Part shown: positions 36,733 to 39,506 of the stretch, in pieces | Numbering within the stretch: position 1 is the first letter of the stretch | How the letters are laid out: each line of letters opens with the position of its first letter | Assembly: GCA_020439525.1 (NCBI GenBank) | Contig: JAGQSL010000172.1 | Span: 1 to 39,506, forward strand | From: Acidimicrobiales bacterium | GTDB taxonomy: Bacteria; Actinomycetota; Acidimicrobiia; Acidimicrobiales; Iamiaceae | Direction: 5' to 3' | Length of the DNA: 39,506 nt | Translations under genes and position numbers: made by a program | Notes under the pieces: model-generated | What the model was told of the DNA's origin: nothing | The model's database searches: none | The model's input: only the letters and a program-made list of their open reading frames with translations

Positions 36733-38261
36733 GTGGGGATCTTGAGGAGGCGGCGCAGCGCTGGGTCCCCTCCGGTGGCCCCGACAGCCTGTGGTGCGCC
36801 CAGCGCCACCATGTACTTCGCCCCGGACGGACAGGTGCGAGCGTGCTGCGTCAACACCGACTACACGCTGGGGCGCGTCCCGCAGCAGTCGATCCGCGAG
36901 ATCTGGGAGGGTGCCCGCATCGCGTCGCTGCGCACGACGCTCGAGGGGCGCGACTTCTCGCTCGGCTGCCAGGACTGCGAGCACCGCATCGCTGCGGGCG
37001 ATTGGGCGTGGAGCACCGCGAGCAGTACGACGAGTACGTGGCGGAGGAGCCGGGCCGCTACCCGAAGCGGATGGACTTCATCCTGTCCATCTCCTGCAAC
37101 CTCCAGTGCGTGATGTGCAACGGCGACCTCTCGTCGTCCATCCGCATCCACCGGGAGAAGCGCCTGCCGCTGGCGTCGCCCTACGGGGATGCCTTCTTCG
37201 AGGAGCTCGAGGAGTTCCTGCCCCACCTCGAGCGGTCGGTCTTCCTCGGGGGCGAACCGTTCGTCGGTCGGGAGCCCCAGCGGGTGTTCGACCTGATGAT
37301 CGACCAGGGCCACACCGGCACCGTCCAGGTCATCACCAACGGGACCCATTGGAACGAGCGAGTGGAGCGCTACCTCCGGGAGCTGCCGATGAACCTGACG
37401 GTTTCCATCGACGGCTACACCGCGGAGACGCTGGAGCCGCTTCGGGTCGGCGTGGATCGGGACCGCCTCTTCGCCAACGTCGACCGCTACCAGGAGGTCC
37501 TGGCCGGGACGGGTCGCTCGGTCTCGTTCCACTACTGCCTCATGCGCCAGAACTGGCACGAGTTCGGCGCGTTCCTCCTCGAGGCCGATCGTCGCGACGC
37601 GACGGCGATCGTGATGACCGTGACCGGTCCGGCGAGCTTCAGCTTGTGGGATCTCCCAGCGGTAGAGCTGCGGACGATCCTCGACGGGCTCGAGGAGGAA
37701 GACCGTGCGCTGGCACCGCAGCTGGGGCGCAACCGGGGCGCGTGGGTCGCCGAGCTCGATCGGATCCGGCGTCACGTGGCGCGCCTGGATGAGGGCGAGG
37801 ACCCGGATTGGGTGCGCACCTCGTGGGTGCCCAGTAGGGAGACAAGCGTCGAGTTGGGGCGCCGGTCGCCCTCACCCGGCCGATCGCCTTCCTCGCGGCC
37901 TGGTCGGAGCCCCGAGTCGGAGCTCCGAGCGTGGGCAGGGCGGGCACCGCTGGTCCTGCACGTCGCCGACGGAGTCATCGGTGCGGTCGAGCGTGAGCCC
38001 TGGGCGGATCCGCTGGAACCCGAACGATGGGTCGGGCTCGAGCTCTCCGGCCTCTCCCAGCGGCTGGCGGGCCGACTCGGCCCAGCCTCGCCGCCTGTGG
38101 TCGAGACCTACGGCGGTCTCACCGTGGCGCGCACCGTGTTCGACGCCGCAGCCGGCGAGATCGAGTTCCGGTCCATCGTCGGCCTCGGCCTGATGCCTTC
38201 GGAGCTGCGCATCCTGCTCGCCACGGATGCAGATCTCATCAGCGCTGGAGCCCACCCGTGA
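36733..38261 (+). pseudogene. Radical SAM protein with N-terminal twitch/SPASM domain and a C-terminal extension; interrupted by a 1-nt frameshift near 37020 (pseudogene or sequencing error)
   Basis: The frame of 36733 gives TACGAP..RACC..IREIW..GCQDC and stops at 37113. The -1 frame gives QYD..CNLQCVMC (CxxxCxxC), LGGEPF, ITNGT, VSIDG to 38261. The intact paralog next door has both parts in one frame. Confidence 0.85.
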
Positions 38262-39457
38262 CGCGCATCGCTCTCCGGCACCTAATCCGATACCGCCGCG
38301 GCCGATCGCGGCTCCAGGCTCGGCGGGAATCGGTGGTCGTGCCGCCAGCCACGATCGGTTCAGCGCCCGAGTTTGCGTCGCCCGTCGAACGATACGACGC
38401 CGGCCGGACGGCGACCCATCGGCCGAGCATCTGCAACGCTCCGTCGACGAACCTCTACTTCGCCGCCGATGGCGCGGTCGGTCCTTGCTGGATCCAGATG
38501 GGCGAGCGCTGGGGGCCGGACCGGTCCATCCGAGACGTCTGGACGGGTGCGATGCTGTCGAACCTGCGCTCGACGCTCGCAGAGCACCAGTTCCCGGGTG
38601 CGTGCGGCCGATGCCTCCACGACATCGAGGCGGGAGTGGCCCCGCTCGCTGCGGTCTACGACCGCGAGCCGGGGATCATCGCTTGGCCGACCAGCCTCGA
38701 GCTCGAGCTGTCGAACCTATGCAACTTCGAATGCGTGATGTGCAACGGTGATCTCTCGTCGAAGATCCGGAGGAATCGTGAGCACCGCCCGCCGCTCGAG
38801 GTCCCCTACGACGATTCCTTCGTCGAGCAGCTGGTCGAGTTGATCCCGACGCTCCAGCAGGTGCGATTCAGCGGTGGCGAGCCCCTGTTGCACCCGATCC
38901 TCTACAAGGTCTGCGATCGGATCATCGAGCTGCGACCTGACCTTCGGATCGACGTGTCGACAAACGGGTCCATCCTGAACGAGAAGGTGCGGCGCCTGAT
39001 CGAGCGGGCGACGATCCAGATCAACATCTCGTTCGAGTCGCTGCGCGCAGATCGATACGAGGCAATTCGGGTGGGATCCGATCACCAGCGGCTCCTCGAG
39101 AACATCGAGACTTTCCGCGAGTTGGTGCGCCCCAACGGGGGGCTGGTGACCATCAACACCAATCCCATGCGGGAGACCTGGTCGGAGATGGCCGACATGG
39201 TGCGGTTCTGCGACGAGCGGGACCTGCACCTGTCGTTCAACACGGTGATTCAGCCGGCGGAGTTGTCGCTGCGTACGCTGTCGGGCGCCGAGCTGGAGGC
39301 CATCCACGGGTTGCTGGCCGCCGAGGACCTTGGCGCCGCAGCGTCGCCGGCGGCGCGGTGGAACCACGTCCAGTACGACAACTTCGTGGGCCAGGTCGCC
39401 GCCTGGGCAGTCGAGGCCGGCGGCCAGCTGGTGGCGGTGCGCCGTGGGCCAGCGTGA
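38258..39457 (+). CDS. Radical SAM protein with N-terminal twitch/SPASM domain
   Basis: GTGA overlap. ICNAP..GPCW..IRDVW..ACGRC, then CNFECVMC (CxxxCxxC), FSGGEP, STNG. Confidence 0.92.
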   Translation: MTRIALRHLIRYRRGRSRLQARRESVVVPPATIGSAPEFASPVERYDAGRTATHRPSICNAPSTNLYFAADGAVGPCWIQMGERWGPDRSIRDVWTGAMLSNLRSTLAEHQFPGACGRCLHDIEAGVAPLAAVYDREPGIIAWPTSLELELSNLCNFECVMCNGDLSSKIRRNREHRPPLEVPYDDSFVEQLVELIPTLQQVRFSGGEPLLHPILYKVCDRIIELRPDLRIDVSTNGSILNEKVRRLIERATIQINISFESLRADRYEAIRVGSDHQRLLENIETFRELVRPNGGLVTINTNPMRETWSEMADMVRFCDERDLHLSFNTVIQPAELSLRTLSGAELEAIHGLLAAEDLGAAASPAARWNHVQYDNFVGQVAAWAVEAGGQLVAVRRGPA

Positions 39458-39490
39458 TGTCGAGTTAGGACTTGCGCGAGTCCTTAGGAC
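39458..39490. repeat. Near-perfect palindrome plus TTAGGAC direct repeat right after the last stop codon
   Basis: AGGACTTGCGCGAGTCCT (39467-39484) is self-complementary except for one G-T pair. TTAGGAC occurs at 39465 and 39484 (19-bp period). Confidence 0.5.
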
Positions 39491-39506
39491 CTGAGCGGAT
39501 AGGCGT

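Noticed and set aside
35616-37000. N-terminal half of the 881-aa ORF as a real extension of the radical SAM protein
   Set aside because: It is antisense to 35544..36602 and out of frame with the true twitch domain starting at 36733.
37000-37025. Programmed -1 ribosomal frameshift or phase-variable tract
   Set aside because: No slippery heptamer, homopolymer or short tandem repeat at the junction.
37107-38760. Near-identical ~29-bp segments TGCGTGATGTGCAACGG.GA.CTCTCGTC in both radical SAM genes
   Set aside because: Explained by the conserved CVMCNGDLSS coding motif in paralogs; not a repeat element.
36733-39457. RiPP maturase interpretation of the SPASM-type radical SAM genes
   Set aside because: No precursor peptide, RRE domain or peptidase is visible, and the auxiliary domain is N-terminal. 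Sequence beyond the right edge cannot be excluded.
39464-39470. GTTAGGA as an integron attC core site
   Set aside because: Does not fit GTTRRRY, no upstream inverse core was found, and there is no integrase or cassette structure.
1-39506. CRISPR arrays, tRNA/rRNA, transposase or phage genes
   Set aside because: Intergenic gaps are at most about 130 bp, and no periodic repeats or such coding motifs were seen.

Overview
Very GC-rich, almost fully coding window, probably from an actinobacterium (Acidimicrobiia-like; inferred from composition and gene style, not verified). It is the interior of one large surface-polysaccharide/glycoconjugate locus of about 32 genes. From left to right it holds: a truncated ABC exporter, a SAM methyltransferase, a multi-domain NeuB nonulosonate synthase, a Wzy/O-antigen-ligase-like protein and a Wzc tyrosine autokinase. 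Next comes a central block of GT4/GT2 glycosyltransferases, many as internal paralog pairs, with a GNAT, a GT4-GNAT fusion, a CapK-like adenylate-forming ligase and a WbpI/WecB-type 2-epimerase. Then follow an sxtIJKL-like O-carbamoylation module (carbamoyltransferase, DUF5989/SxtK-like peptide, SxtJ-like/SGNH fusion) and a six-gene tandem GT-B array. That array is transcribed divergently from two radical SAM enzymes with an N-terminal twitch/SPASM domain; the first carries a 1-nt frameshift. The best candidates for undescribed biology are the radical SAM pair coupled to the GT array, the carbamoylation module inside a glycan locus, and the CapK-GT4-GNAT acylation unit. No rRNA, tRNA, CRISPR array or transposase gene was seen. 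All family calls come from motif recognition by eye, with no database search, and many start codons were reassigned from the ORF track using stop/start overlaps, SD motifs and -10 elements.
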